This document shows, in pieces, positions 1 to 13,648 of a stretch of 64,000 bases of DNA. Location of the stretch: contig OX638155.1 of NCBI GenBank assembly GCA_951804945.1, forward strand, positions 27,590,001 through 27,654,000. Direction: 5' to 3'. This stretch comes from Podarcis cretensis (taxonomy: Eukaryota). Under the pieces are notes generated by a model that was not told where the DNA came from, did not search any database, and saw only the letters and a program-made list of their open reading frames with translations. The position numbers and the translations under genes were made by a program. Numbering within the stretch: the first letter of the stretch is position 1; the number at the start of each line of letters is the position of its first letter.

Positions 1-972
1 ATAGTCTGGGCCCCCCACAAGGTCTGGCCCCCTGCTGAAAAAGTTTGCTGACCTCTGAGCTAGAACAAGTCTGGGCAAAGCCTTGGGCTCCTGCACTCTG
101 TCGTCGTCCTCCCTTCCTCTCATGTAGCCAGGATGAGGATTTTGCCAGTGTTTAGTTTCACTTTGGTAGAAGTTGACACGTCCTTGCATATATGAACAAA
201 AGACTGTGTGCTACCACGAACGGTGGCCAGATCCAACACAAGCCAAATTCAAACCATGGGTTGTGAAGCTGGCTCATTTAATTAAAATGATCTGTGATAA
301 GCCTTGATCTCTGGTTCATGTACAAGAATCAAAGATCTGCTGGGAGTGAAATGCAAGCAATGGCAAAATATGCCAGATGAGGAAATGCAGTGTGCGTGAA
401 CTCAAAGCTGATTCTGGTTTGTGCACATAATAGCACTGTAGTATGGTTTAGCATTGCATACTTTTGTAGCCAAAGTAGAGCAATACTCTGTTTCAATATT
501 GTCAACTACTGTGTTAATTTTCAAAATAAAAAATCAATACAGTTAAACATTAGCCTTAATGGAGTAGAATTAATGTAACACAGGTGCCAGTTGGAACTTT
601 AAATTATATTGTGATTCTGTTTTTGTTTCTTGCCATTTTTTGTTTTTAATTTCCTCGATTTTTACCTATTTTTAAGCTACTATGTTTGCTGAGACTTGCA
701 ATTTCTGGTTCTGATCTTAAGATAGTCAATGTTATTCTTAAATAAATAAATAAATCCTGGTTTGTATTTGTAGTGTGTTACATTGTTGTTGTCTCCTTTA
801 ATAATGTGAAAAGGAGAACTTTGTAATGAACTTTGTCCTAAATTTAGATTTTGCTGAACTGGTTGCATATGCCACCTGCTGTTCAGACCACAGAAATGCT
901 ATGTGAATACAAACTCTTAAGTTGCAATATTCTGCATCCTGTTTTCATACGTTTAATGTGTCTTGCTTGCAG

Positions 973-1145
973 GTAATGAAAGAAGTCCAAAGTGCACTGA
1001 ACACAGCAGCCGCTGATGACAGCAAGCTTGTACTCCTCAGTGCCGTTGGCAGTGTTTTCTGCTGTGGCCTTGACTTCATTTATTTTATTCGACGCTTAAC
1101 AGATGATAGAAAAAGGGAAAGTACTAAGATGGCAGATGCTATTAG
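973..1145 (+). CDS. CDYL: CDYL internal coding exon (crotonase/enoyl-CoA-hydratase-like domain); upstream exons lie outside the window
   Basis: cag|GTA acceptor, AG|gtttg donor; encodes VMKEVQSALNTAAADDSKLVLLSAVGSVFCCGLDFIYFIRRLTDDRKRESTKMADAI(R), recognised as CDYL. Confidence 0.96.
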
Positions 1146-2500
1146 GTTTGTGAAACTCTTTTTCCCGTCGTGCATATCTGATTATGAACTTAAAACATGC
1201 CACATATTTAAATGCTAGAGTGTGATATCAAAGGTACTGTACCTACTCACAACTGGTGTTTCCCCCCACTCCCAATAGCCATCAAATTCATAAGAAATCA
1301 GACTGTCTATATGAACACATCATAAGGATGTTTATTTTCGATTTGTATATCTTCAAAGCAGTATTGTATGTTCAGAAGGATCGTGTTAGAATGATAGAAC
1401 TCCCAGCTTTCCTTTAAAATCTCCTCCCAATCTTATTATTATAGGAAGCAATATTCCCAGTAGACAAGTTATATGTTTTTGAATGTTTGGAAACTTCAAG
1501 TTGCATTGAAACATGTCTGGCTGCACCATCTGCTCCCATACATTGTTTCTCTAAATAATTTTTTGAGTGGTTATTTTTCATCTTCCATGGTCCACATAAA
1601 TAGCACCAAACCATGATTTGTTGCTGTGAAAACATGGTCATGTGCTCTCCCTGCCTTCCTCTTTACTTCTCTCAGGGTTCAAACCATTTCTGGGGTTTTT
1701 TTTTGGGGGGGGGGTTCATATGAAAAGCCATAGTTAGTTAACAAAACAGGGTATCAAACCAGAATTCTTCATAACTAAAACTCAGAATATTCTGTAAGCC
1801 CACAATTTACACACATTTTTTATCGATTTTTTTTTTTTTTAAATTGATATACTGCCTTTCATCATAAGATCTCAGGGTGGTTCACAGAATTTAATTTGTG
1901 CACATTCATCTTTATGAACATAGCAATTAAAAAAATTAAAAAGGGGGCAGAGAAAACACATATTCATTTAATCTTATTTGAAAGATGCTTCATTGTTTTC
2001 TATACTGACTTTTCTAAAGTAAACCCGCAACTTAGGCAGGTGTTACGTTCCATGGATCACGCCAAATGGCATATATAGTCAAAACCCATTGGTTTCAGTG
2101 GTGGGAGGAATTGCCATTGTCATTTTTATCAGAGCCTTCCCCTTATGACAATTAATTGCTTAATTCCTGGTTGGGAATTTGTACTGAAGGACAATTGTCC
2201 TATTGCAAGTCAATTGCCTTCTAATTTAGATTATCGGTTATAATCTGGACACTGTATCTTCCTCACCTGATCCTTTCAATCCCCTTCCGCTTTTGCCAAT
2301 AACATCAGTGATGGTTCTGAGCCTTGTAAGTGATTTGCCATTCAACAACTTTATATTCTCCTGTTGGATTTTGGTAAGAAAGTGGAGCTATGCTACCTAG
2401 GTTAATAATTGACTGCTATCACAGCAGCTTTGGCATGCAGGTGGCTACAGCATTTTGTTACTAAAATAGGTATTCTCATTTGATATTTATTTCATTTCAG

Positions 2501-2711
2501 GAATTTTGTAAATACTTTCATTCAGTTTAAGAAGCCCATCATCGTAGCTGTAAATGGCCCGGCCATTGGACTCGGAGCATCTATATTACCTCTGTGTGAT
2601 GTGGTTTGGGCTAATGAGAAGGCTTGGTTTCAGACTCCGTATACGACGTTTGGGCAAAGCCCTGATGGATGTTCATCCCTTACATTCCCAAGAATAATGG
2701 GCCTGGCATCT
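2501..2711 (+). CDS. CDYL: CDYL internal coding exon
   Basis: tttcag| acceptor, |gtaagt donor; NFVNTFIQFKKPIIVAVNGPAIGLGASILPLCDVVWANEKAWFQTPYTTFGQSPDGCSSLTFPRIMGLAS; phase matches the previous exon. Confidence 0.97.
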
Positions 2712-4734
2712 GTAAGTAATCTGTAAAAGAAGTATGTACTGTATTTAATAGTATTTCTAGCTTTGGTGCTTCCATTTGCATCTTGCATATCCAGCGTGAC
2801 CTAAGCGTAACTCTAGTCTCACAATGACATGGCTTGCATGCAACAATTAACTTAAGCTAACGCTTAGTGCAAACCGAGAAAGAAGGTTGTGGCTGTTCTG
2901 GTCCTCTTCTGCTGCGGTGCTGTGAGATTAGCCATGATTTGGCATAACATGACACCTCAACCCAGGCTCACAATTTGTCTCACTCCAGACAAACTGCGAT
3001 GTGTAGCTAAGTTTGCTCTTGGTTTACGGCTTGTGGTTTGGAGGAGCAAAACTGCAAGCTTGGGTTCACACACACAGTCATCCTGTAAGTCTCACTGCTG
3101 GAAGTCTGGAAGAGGAACAAAGCAACCACAATATTTTCTCCAGGAGCTCACATGCATATTTGCACTACACCATGGTTTAGCTTAGCATTATGTGAGAACT
3201 GAGCCACAGTTTATTTAAGCAGAGTACTAAAAAGGAAAATTAGTACACTTCAGCCAGTGCTCCTAAGGTCATTGTGTCTGCATTGAGGCTGTGTGCAATA
3301 AAAGTACATTCCTTCTTTAAAAACAAAACAAAACAAAAAAACCATGCAGCATTTCAGCTGCTCCAATGCTGGGAAACCATTTTCTACAGTTCTAATATGT
3401 AAAACCTGAGTGCTTTTAGTTTGTTTTAGAATTTTGGCAACGACTAACAATCTTTCAGTGTGCAAATATCTCTGGCTCTTGATCATTCATTGTCTGTTTG
3501 CTAACAGTGGCTGCAGTCCAGCATGCATTTTAGTGTGCTTAAATAGCAATGGTCCCAGAAGGACTTAATTTTTTGTGCCTGTTCTCCAGATTACTCTAGA
3601 ATACAGCTCTCAAGTTTATAAAACTATAGCGTCCAGTCCAGGTGAAAATAAGAGTGGTTTTATTGGTGTTACATTTCTGAATCGCTTTCTGTTCTACATA
3701 TTTTAATGATGCGTAAGGTAATATTTATACACATGCTCTTGACAGTATGCATGTCTTCACACCACATTCATACCTTTCAGGCATGCATTGTGCAGTGTGA
3801 GAGTGACATTGCATTCACATCTATAATTTTGTATCACAAAAAATGAACCCAATACTGAATTAACTATTTTAAGTCTGAGTAAACCAGATAACTTTCCTTA
3901 GTAAACAATAGCTTTATGTTGTTTCCCCCCTATGTAAGTTTGAAAGTGGCCTAAAAATGGCAATTCCTTCCTTCCTTGTATTGTTTTTACTCGGCTATGG
4001 TACTTCTGTTTCTGCCAAAGATATAATCCTCACTGAGTAATACTTAAATTGTAATTATAATTTCTTTGCTAAATGTTGGTATGCTTTTAAAGTATGTTAA
4101 GAAGAGTATCAGACATTCAAGAGAAAGGCAGTAACTCTTTCCTGCCTCTTTCCTGGTGTTGGGAAGTTGCCTTTAAAGGAATGTAGTATGCCATCTGGTA
4201 AATAAAAGGATTATAAACATTTTAAAAAATATATATATTACAAATGATTAAACACATATAATATACTTTTAAATAAACTTAAGAGTTTAGAAGACAAAGA
4301 CAAATTTACCGTAAAATTATCTGTAATACTGTTGACCACAGATCATTCTCGTACAAATCATGTTATTATATGGAGGCATAATGCCCACTTTGAATTTCAG
4401 ATTCCTGTCTGGGACTAATGCTTGGACCACATCCTCCCACTTTGTCTTCTCCACCTGCTAGCTACCTTTTTCGATCCCCTTCTGTATAAACTATGGGTTT
4501 GTGTTATATCTGAAATAGCATTAGTGGCTAAATGTCAGTTTGCTAATCAGGAGCAAACCAAGATGAAAGTGTTTTTCAAGATTCTGGTTCGTAATGCCAG
4601 CATGCAAAGGAAAAAGGTCCTGTGGGGTGTTGCACACACCATGGCCATAATATTAGTCTATCACCAAATCCTAGAACAACAAATTTAATAGACATTCCAG
4701 TTGGCATTGTGGAAATGTCCATTATGTCCCACTG

Positions 4735-4765
4735 CATCCATCCATCCATCCATCCATCCATCCAG

Positions 4766-4800
<35 letters not shown>
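4735..4800. repeat. Compound microsatellite (CATC)n(AATC)n
   Basis: Directly visible. Confidence 0.95.
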
Positions 4801-4803
<3 letters not shown>

Positions 4804-4879
4804 CCTTCCACCTCTTCTTCTGGACAACTTTTTCAGACTCATGACATGCTTGTCACTCCTTCTGGCAGCATGTGACCTG

Positions 4880-5008
4880 TAGAATTGTAGAGTTAGAAGG
4901 GATCATGAGGGTCATCTAGTCTAATCCCCTGCAATGCAGGAATTTTTGCCCATCGTGTGGCTTTGAACCCACAATAAGGGTCTCATGCTCTACCGACTGA
5001 GTTATCCC
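4880..5008 (-). mobile_element. Short tRNA-derived SINE with CR1-type 3' end
   Basis: Minus strand GGGATAACTCAGTCGGTAGAGCATGAGAC (A box), GGTTCAAAGCC (B box), CCCTTCTAACTCTACAATTCT tail; related partial copies at ~37541-37607 and ~49868-49935. Confidence 0.7.
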
Positions 5009-6045
5009 AAGGCAGTGATATCCTTAGGCCTGTTGAATGGCAGGGTGCAGTAACCTAGGCTTTGTTGGGTTTATGAATATAGAAGCATAGACCCGCTTTT
5101 ATTTATTTTACTATATAGATCCATCTTTCACTCTCCTCCCCTTCTCTCTCTCTCTCTCTTTTCTCTTAAGGTGATGGCTTATTTCTTTCTTTTTAAGACA
5201 ACTAACTGGTGATTTGCTATTGACAACCGAGTTTGGGGTCCTGACCTACTAGTTGAAGGCCTGTGCCTTAGTTTATGGGTGTTCCTTTAACAATTTGGCC
5301 TTACCTTTAGCTGGAAGGACCATTGCAACTTTGAAAGGGAAACATGGCCCTGTAAAATCCTCTAAAGATAAAAAAGGTTTGTTCTTTGAAGTGTTAATAA
5401 AATTGAATAGGTGACTAATTTGTTGTGTTTTGTAATAAAACTGGTTCAGTGATCCCAGGCTTCCATTTCAAAATAGCCTTTCAATTGTAGTGTATTTAAC
5501 CAGAAACATCTTGGCCTGTAAGTATCTTATCAGTAATGTCCTGGCAAATGAAATAGAATTAGGTAGAACTTGAGCACCATTAAGCAAATAGCAGCCATGT
5601 CCTAGTTAGAAGTAACTTACACCTTGTCCAAGCTTTTAAATCTTTTCACATTTAAAGGTGCTTGAATGGATATTATTTGCATGAAATGTTTCCTCTTGAG
5701 TCAAACATATATATGTTCCCAGGTGCAGTACTTCCACCATGTACCTTCCCAGGAGAAACATTCAGTACTCTGTAATTTAGCAGAGCAGCCTGGAGGAATA
5801 CCCATATTACATAATTCAGACTTAACTAACCAAAGGTTCCATTTCTCTAAAGGAGTCCTTCCAGCGGAAGAGAACCTTTGGATCCAACCCACTGCAATGT
5901 TAAGTCTGGATACGTTCCTTAATTGTTCCGTTTCTGCAAGTGATGCTGAGATTGACTCTTCTGGACTAGACAAATAGCAGAAAAGCTTCTTATGCTAAAT
6001 TCTCTCTCCTTTTGATTAACAGCCTTGAAAGTAATGGGTTCTTTT

Positions 6046-8179
6046 CTTTTCTTTTCTTTTTTTAAATAGTGTTTATTACCTTTTCCAACAGTTTAAACAC
6101 TACAAAGAATAAAAACCATACAATACAATACAATACAACACAATACAATACAATACAAAAAACAACAACAACTATACATTACACTAACAAAACACTAACA
6201 TTAAACTAACAAAACAAAACAAACACAATTTAAAACACATCAAATAGTTTCAATATCTTATCTTTCATTCCCTTATTTCCATGACCTCCTCACACCTCCC
6301 TTTTTGTATTCCACTTCTATTAATTCTTTCAGCAATTCCTTTCCATCTTCCTCTATTTTTAATCCTATAATTATCTTAACACATTCTAACCTTATTTTCC
6401 CTTTAATACTCTATTATTCTATTTGTCCTTAATTCCTTATAACATTTCTACTAAAGCCATATAACTTCATTCCAACATTTTTCTAACATTCATTAATTTT
6501 ACAGTATTTCCGTAAATAGTCTTTAAACTTTTTCCAGTCTTCTTCCACTGACTCTTCTCCCTGGTCTTCTTTTTTCCCTCCTCTTCCAAGTCTAAAGGCC
6601 CTCACAATTCTAAACTCTTCTTGGCCCAAGTCCAAGTCCCAAAAGTCAGCAAATTCCTGTGTGAGATAATCTGTCAAACTTTCCTTCTCAAATTCAGGTA
6701 GGGCTCTGATCCTCAGATTCGTCTGTTTTTCTTTAAGTTCAATCATAGCAAGTGTCAACTTGTGTTCCTCAAGTTGCCTCTGTAGGGCTTGGACTCTCTC
6801 TGCCTCAAGTTCTGTTACTTTACATTCAGCAGCAACAGCTTTCTCCCTGGCTTCTTCCGCAGTCTGCCTTATCAAAATAGATTCCTGTATCAATTTCTGG
6901 ATAGCTTCTGTGTTGATATTCACCTTTTGTCCCAGATTATTTATACTTTCTGTATTTAAGTCAATTTTAGTAGTTGCAGCATCCACTTGCACACTTATCG
7001 CGTCTGTTTTCTTGTTAAGCTGTTCCAATGAATCATTTATCTTACTTAATGCAATCGCCAAGGCTTCTTCTGTCAATATTCCTCTTGATTTTGAGTGAAC
7101 TGATATGGAAGCAGCCACAGAAGGAGCAGGGAGACCTGGTGTTGAGCCTCTCCTGGGTTGCTGCAAAGTCCTCCCAGACCTTAATGTTTTTTCTGCTGTT
7201 TGCTGGTCTGTTTTTTCCTTTCCATTTGCCATAACACTTAAAAATTCAAGGTCAGTCCCAGAGTCTCACAGTTTTTTATCTTGCAGCTGGAAATTCCCCT
7301 AGCCCAGCTCAAAAAACAACCAATTTCAGAAGCTTCCACTAGGGGGAAACAGTTTCTATTTATATTAATCAATATATCAATCAATAGTGTCCTCTTTTAA
7401 GCACAGTTCAAGAAATCCAAAGTATCAACTTTCAGTTACTTTTACTCCTTTTTAAAAACAACCGGAGACAGTAGAAACAATGTATTTCTCTTGTAGCCAA
7501 TTGTCAATAAACGTTCTAAGCGCTGTCAGTGTATAATCCAAAAGACGTCAGTCCTGCTAGCAGCCCGTTTCCAGGGTCCGAGCGGCGGTATTTTAACACT
7601 CTTCACTCTCTCCTGCAGGCATATTTAGTCCACAACTCCCCCCCCCTTCTCCTGCCTCCAAGGGGGGATTTAATGTTCTTTACAGATAGAAATTGTCTTT
7701 TACAATAGGCTTTCCAAGAATTCAGCTTGCAGCCTCATTGCTTCAGTCTATTTACAAAAGGGGAAGGCGGACTTCCTGTATTGAACCTCCCCGTTACGAT
7801 GCCAAATTAAACTTTTAAAAATCCAGTTCTCCCGCCTCAGCTCTACTCACGGGTAGTTACTTTAAAGCCAAATTGTCCACAGGAAAAAGTCAGTGCTCTC
7901 CGGCAACAGCTATGCGGCTTTGTTCCGTGGAAGAAGCAGTCGATTTGAAGCACCGCACCGCTCACCTCACGTCGCTCCGGACCCCCGAAACTGGGTTTCC
8001 CCGTGAGTAAGGGAGGCGCAAAAGGTGCCCGCCGAATCCCACGCTCACAGGCTTCTCCCGCCTGTGATTTTTTATGGGTCTCCGCCTTCGCCGTGGCGGC
8101 CAGACCCAATTCCCACGGGGCAAATTCCTCCCGATCAGAGGAATTCCGCCATTACCGGAGGCACCAACCCGGAAGTCCC
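6046..8179 (-). mobile_element. Internally deleted L1-clade LINE with both termini (2.1 kb), antisense in a CDYL intron
   Basis: 16-bp TSD AGTAATGGGTTCTTTT at 6030-6045 and 8180-8195; 5' end GGGACTTCCGG; CpG-rich 5' UTR; ORF1-like ORF; AATAAA (6072-6077) and A-rich tail. Confidence 0.88.
6483..7232 (-). CDS. L1 ORF1p-like ORF (coiled coil + start of RRM) fused to an ORF2-like C-terminal peptide, 249 aa, TE-encoded
   Basis: Heptad-rich region, then NLRIRALPE and RAFRLG (ORF1p motifs), then EEDWKKFKDYL resembling the end of non-mammalian L1 ORF2. Confidence 0.7.
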   Translation of the reverse strand: MANGKEKTDQQTAEKTLRSGRTLQQPRRGSTPGLPAPSVAASISVHSKSRGILTEEALAIALSKINDSLEQLNKKTDAISVQVDAATTKIDLNTESINNLGQKVNINTEAIQKLIQESILIRQTAEEAREKAVAAECKVTELEAERVQALQRQLEEHKLTLAMIELKEKQTNLRIRALPEFEKESLTDYLTQEFADFWDLDLGQEEFRIVRAFRLGRGGKKEDQGEESVEEDWKKFKDYLRKYCKINEC

Positions 8180-11100
8180 AGTAATGGGTTCTTTTCTTAC
8201 GGCTACAGTCATTGGCTATATAGCTATAGCAAACGCTAATGGGAAGAGTGGATACCCCTGACATATGCCCATGTACAATAGAAAAGTTTCAGAGTAGAAG
8301 CCATTGACCCTCAGATTCAAATAAGTGATCCAGTTTCTATGTCATAAAGAGATGCGAGATCAAAACTAAATATAATTAACAAGGGCTTCGGAAATGTAAA
8401 AAATTATCATACTAATTAATCAAACCTTTTTTGTATTTAGCTGTGTTGATTTTCTTTGAAATATAATTTATGTATGTTAGCTTGTTTGTGAATAACTTAA
8501 TTTGGTCAGGGTGAATGTATACTTTCATTAAGGAGTATGTATCAGGATGGAAGTAAAAGAATGGACACATCCTGCAAATACAATGCATGCAGCATTCAAA
8601 ATTTTCCAGGTGCATTTTGTACCTGGTCATCGGCCACTTGCAACCAAGTGGAGATACCTAGGTGCCAGGATGGCACCTGATGTCTCTACCATCTGGAAGT
8701 GAATGCCTGGGGATTCTTGGATCCTGACAGTTTTCACATACTAACATACTAACACATCCTGTTGAATTCTCTCTCTGATATTTTATCTGCACAATCAGAA
8801 CGGATTTCAGGAACCAAAAGTTATATTAAAAAATATGACTTTTGAGGCGTCTGGCCCCAAAACAGAAACTAGGCATTCCGTTTTGGCGACTGTAACCCTG
8901 GTTTAAGGAGACATTTGGTGTCTAGCTTATATTAATCACAGCCTGGAGTCTTGGTAGCTGTGCCCCCCCCCCCCAGCTTTCATACACCTTAACTTCCACT
9001 GTCATAGAGAGTTTAAACCGTTATTGATACTCCCCTTGTCTAGAGATTCAGATGTATATTTAATTTACAAAATTCTACAAGTTTTTGAATCACTTTCCCC
9101 TGAGCGTTATATATCTATGAAATTTAATGAATTAGTGATAAATCATTTTAGTGATGAATTGGACATGAGGGAATGCCTTCCAGATATTAATGTGGGATAT
9201 CTTTATTAGTCAGGCAGCCCTTGTTTAAAAGTCCTTGGAGAATGAATACAGGGTCTTGAAAAACTTACTAAATTTGAGAAAAGGTATAAGCAACGCCATA
9301 GATGCCATGCAGTGGAATTAGTATTCAGGAAGAAACTTGCCTACTCAGGCTCTAACAAGACAGAATAGACTCTGGATTATCTGATTCATTGTGAATGGAA
9401 ATGTGGAGCGAATTGTTTGTTGGAGTATGGATATTGTCAAGTACAATATGGTCTCCATTTGTAGACAAATGGTCTCCATTTGTAGACATTACTTTATTGC
9501 TTATCCCAACATGCTTGTAATTTTATCTAGGAATGATCAGATTCGCCCAGTTGGTACCATTTTCACATTATTAGATAAAGAAGTCTTAGTATAAAAATAA
9601 TAAAGCTTTGTGTATTATTTCTGGAATAAACAAAAATATATTCAATCTTTGCATACATCAATCAATCAGTCATTTTATTTGTATGCCACCTTTCCAAAGT
9701 TTAAACCATGCTCAAGGCAGCTTACAACATATGGAAAATTATGTAACTCCAAACATAACAAAAGTAGTCATAAACAGTAGACAAAACATCAAAAAGTACA
9801 CAACCAAATTGAACAATATAAGAGCCAGCATAAAGACACAAAAAATTAACAGCAACGACCCCCCGCCCAAACAATACCCGAGCCAAGGATTCTGTTCAGC
9901 AGCCTCAGCTTTTGTAGCTGGAGTCAGTCAGGGCCCCACCCTCCCAGGCCAGGTGGGAAAAGTCTAGCAAGGCAGGGAACAAGTCTTCCAATACTCAGAG
10001 CCAAGATACATGATTGTAAAGGGCAAAATAATCCATTGGCTGTGCATTGCTTCTCATTGATAGACCTACAGTGCAGTCTTTACAGATATTTCAGACTTGC
10101 TTGAATAGGCGATAATAAAAATGCCAATGTAGTCGTTTCTCCCCTCCCCAGGATAGACAGAAATAATGATTAAGCAGCACTGAAATATTTGTCATGGGAT
10201 TTGGCTTCCCAGGAAGCCATTACATGGCAGATCTGTGATCAGATTTCCCATTGTCAAAAAGGAACAGTATCATTTGTAATGATAAATGACATTTTTAAGC
10301 TGACTTTTAATTGGTCTTGAATACCATTGTAAACACATGTGGCTGAACCGTTCATTTTTGTTAAAGTAACGTTTGCTTAAATTTAGTCTTCCTCTCTGCA
10401 AGCTCCTGCTGATAAAACGCTCATAGGTTTAGAAATGCATTTAATTACACAGGGTAAAATTGATGACATTTGAATAGAGCTTCTGTCTAATCAGTTGGCA
10501 TCTTAAAAAGTTGACAGCTCAGTTTTTGCTCATATTTTCTCATGCACTGAAATGCTTATATCTGCATTCTGGCATGTTCAGATAACATAATAATAGGAAA
10601 ACCTCTGATATCTAATCACAGCTTCTTGTTTGAAGCCTGGTGTTTTCATACACCCTTCCCCCTGCCTTTTTACATTTTCTTTCTTGAGATGTATAGGAAT
10701 TGTCAAAGCTGCTGCTTCTCCTTTCCCCCCTTTTTTCTTTTTTTAAAAAAACGGAATTTCCAAACCTGTGATTTTACAGCTGTAATCACATTTCCATAGA
10801 TGTTCATGCAGAACATTCTTTGGGCATGTAAATACCTCCTTTGGGTAGTAATGGTCCTGTCAAGATTTGGATGTTAGTGACATCAGTGGAACTATTGCAG
10901 TTTAGCAAGCTTGTAATCTGAGCTGAATGGCATATGTTAATAGCAGCACTGATTTGATTTTGTGATAACGCTGGTGACATTTTGGGTGTCCTTTGTTGTG
11001 AGAGGTCCTTTGTGTGGCTGTCTTGTTACAGTCTCTGTATTAATTATTCAAAGTTCTTCAACCCTCCAAAGAGTTAAGAAATGCTGTGATTTCAGGAAGT

Positions 11101-13342
11101 TGCAATAATTCTAATTGAGTTCTGGACTCTTGGGTGAGGGTCTTCATCATGCTTTGAGTTTATGAATGTGTACATGCATTTGGAATTTTGCACGACTTGT
11201 TTATATGATTAACAGCTTACTCTTTCAACTTGTATAACACACTTTAAATAGAAAAAAAAGCTTTACATTTCCTGGCGTGGGGGATCTTTAACACATTAAA
11301 AAAGTATATATAAAAATCTTTTTTATGGTAAATTTGATAGTGACTGTGCGGTTGGATATTAGATAACACATTTGGGTGAGACTACGGCTACAAATCAAAG
11401 GTTTGTGGGCTTTCTTGTGCAACACTAGCACTGTTTCACCTCACAGCCATAAGAGAGGATTTTATATTCTTGAGCCTTAGCTTGCACATTTGTAAACTTG
11501 GGGACGCCCATTTGCATGTCTGTGAGTCATTTTGTGATATGGCTCAAAGCCACTCCATTATTTAATCAAGTATTAGTCATGCTAAAATATGTTCAGTCTG
11601 TCAGCTCTTTTCATGCATCATGTTTAATTCACAAATTAATTTGAATTCACTATCCATATTTCAGTTTTCACCATATCTGAAATTTTTATCACAGTTTAAA
11701 TCCATTTAAGCCATTATTTTAAAGTCTGAAAAGCTGGTGTGTCCAAATTAAAATACATCTATAATATTTGCATGGTAACTTGTATAACAGTTGGCATCCC
11801 CAGTATTTTGTATAAGAAGTAGCAGCTCAGTTGCATTGCATCCAGCTCAGTTGCATTGCATCCTTTAAAAATGGAACAATACCATTTTGGCGGTACAGAG
11901 CCCCCTGTCCTGTTTGGTCCACAATTTGTCCCATTTTTGAAGTCAAAAAAATAAAAATTGGCATTTGTGTGCTCACCCAAACTTGCTTGTGTTGCGTGCA
12001 ACCACACTTGGCTTTCACTGAAAAAACAGTATGCCGTAATCTGATGCACAAAGAAGTTTGATACTCAAATAAATGCAAGTGGGTGTTTGGCTGAAACTTA
12101 AATGGGCAGCAGACTGTGATGGCACTGGATCATTTAAGCCAAAGTCCTGCTAGCTGAAACGATTTCAAGTGGAAATTGTTCTCAATTTTACCTGTACAAA
12201 CTAGACTGCTTTCCAGATTAAACAAGAACAACAGAAATCAAAGTGCCTATTTTTACAAACTTTTGTTTCAAAGTTTGTGATCTGCCTATAATAATGCTTT
12301 GTCTCAATTTAAAAAAAAGATGAGATGCTCTCATTGAATGGAGTGAGCTCTGTTTCAGGAACAAGTTAGGTATTTATTTATTTGGATGATTTATGCACTA
12401 CTTGTCCCCATAGCCTCTTATTATAAATGGATATGTCATAATGCAGTATGTGTTTACCTTACTTTGGCACCAACAGTTTTTACCTACAAGATCCATTGAT
12501 GTGAGGAATTTGGGCGTGCAATTCTCATTGGCATCCAATATGAAAATATATTGAATTTTCATAATTAAAGATACATAATACTATCTAGATTCAAGCCAAT
12601 TAAAAATGTGAAACTCATTGCATTTGCAGGATCTTTCAAGTATGTAATATATTTACAGGATAAAAAAGGTTTTTAAGAGCATTATTTATTTATTAAGCAA
12701 ATTTTTGGCATCATCATTTAGTATCTGCTGCTTATGCAGAGTTTCTGTTTATCCCACCATGTCATTTGCTTTCATGCTTGTCTAGTGCTACAGGCTTTAA
12801 TTGGCTGGTCAATCAACTAAGCCAATCTGAATCAGTGAAGGTTGTAATTAAGGGCATACTTGCTTGTTTTACTCATTTATTCAACAATGATAAGGACAGT
12901 GAAAGAAAAGATACTTTAGAAAATACTTTTCTAAGAATGTTTGGGGTTTTTATTCCTTTCTTTAATGGTTGTTTCCCAATTCCTTCATTATCTGATGCAA
13001 AGATCAATACTGAGATTTTAGCAGAGTGCACATTTTAAAAGCAATTCAGTTGAGAGACCTAAATTGTATGCCATGCTTATATTGCAAACCCCTTGCACTG
13101 TAACTGTGTCACTTCTAGACAGGGACTTGCACGCTAGAACTAAATATTTATTAGTGGTAGATTTAGTCTTTGATTTTGTTTCAGTCCATGGAAAAGGAAA
13201 AACAAAACAAGAAGAAATAGTCCAGGCCAGTAAATTGTTCCAACCTGTAGAGGCATTTCTAGAAGCAGCAAGGTTTGTATTCAAAATGTTTTGATAACCT
13301 CATCATATTTCATGTTACAAAAAACATTGCTATTTTCCTCAG

Positions 13343-13486
13343 GCGAATGAAATGTTATTCAGTGGAAGGAAACTGACTGCACAAGAAGCATGTGCCAAGG
13401 GACTGGTGTCGCAAGTTTTTTGGCCAGGAACATTCACACAAGAAGTCATGGTTCGAATTAAGGAACTTGTCACATGTAATTCAGTT
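13343..13486 (+). CDS. CDYL: CDYL penultimate coding exon
   Basis: ctcag| acceptor, |gtaagt donor; 144 nt, ANEMLFSGRKLTAQEACAKGLVSQVFWPGTFTQEVMVRIKELVTCNSV. Confidence 0.97.
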
Positions 13487-13648
13487 GTAAGTTTCTTTTA
13501 CCTTATTTCACTTAAGGCTGAATAAGTGATTTGTAGTTATTATAGTGGCTAAGGAACACTTCACATAGTGAATTTTCGCAGTGCTGAGCCCTCCCAAGCC
13601 CTGAATATGCCCCAAAACATGGGGAAGCCAATTGGGTAGTGTGCAAAT

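Noticed and set aside
4960-5008. tRNA-like sequence with A and B boxes
   Set aside because: SINE head attached to a CR1-type tail; no complete cloverleaf.
7843-8264. Short ORFs in the L1 5' UTR
   Set aside because: GC-rich UTR; some cross the TSD boundary; no recognisable protein.
9449-9487. Short tandem duplications here and at ~11823-11861, ~27647-27700 and ~30746-30785
   Set aside because: Ordinary slippage duplications; no spacer structure, not CRISPR-like.
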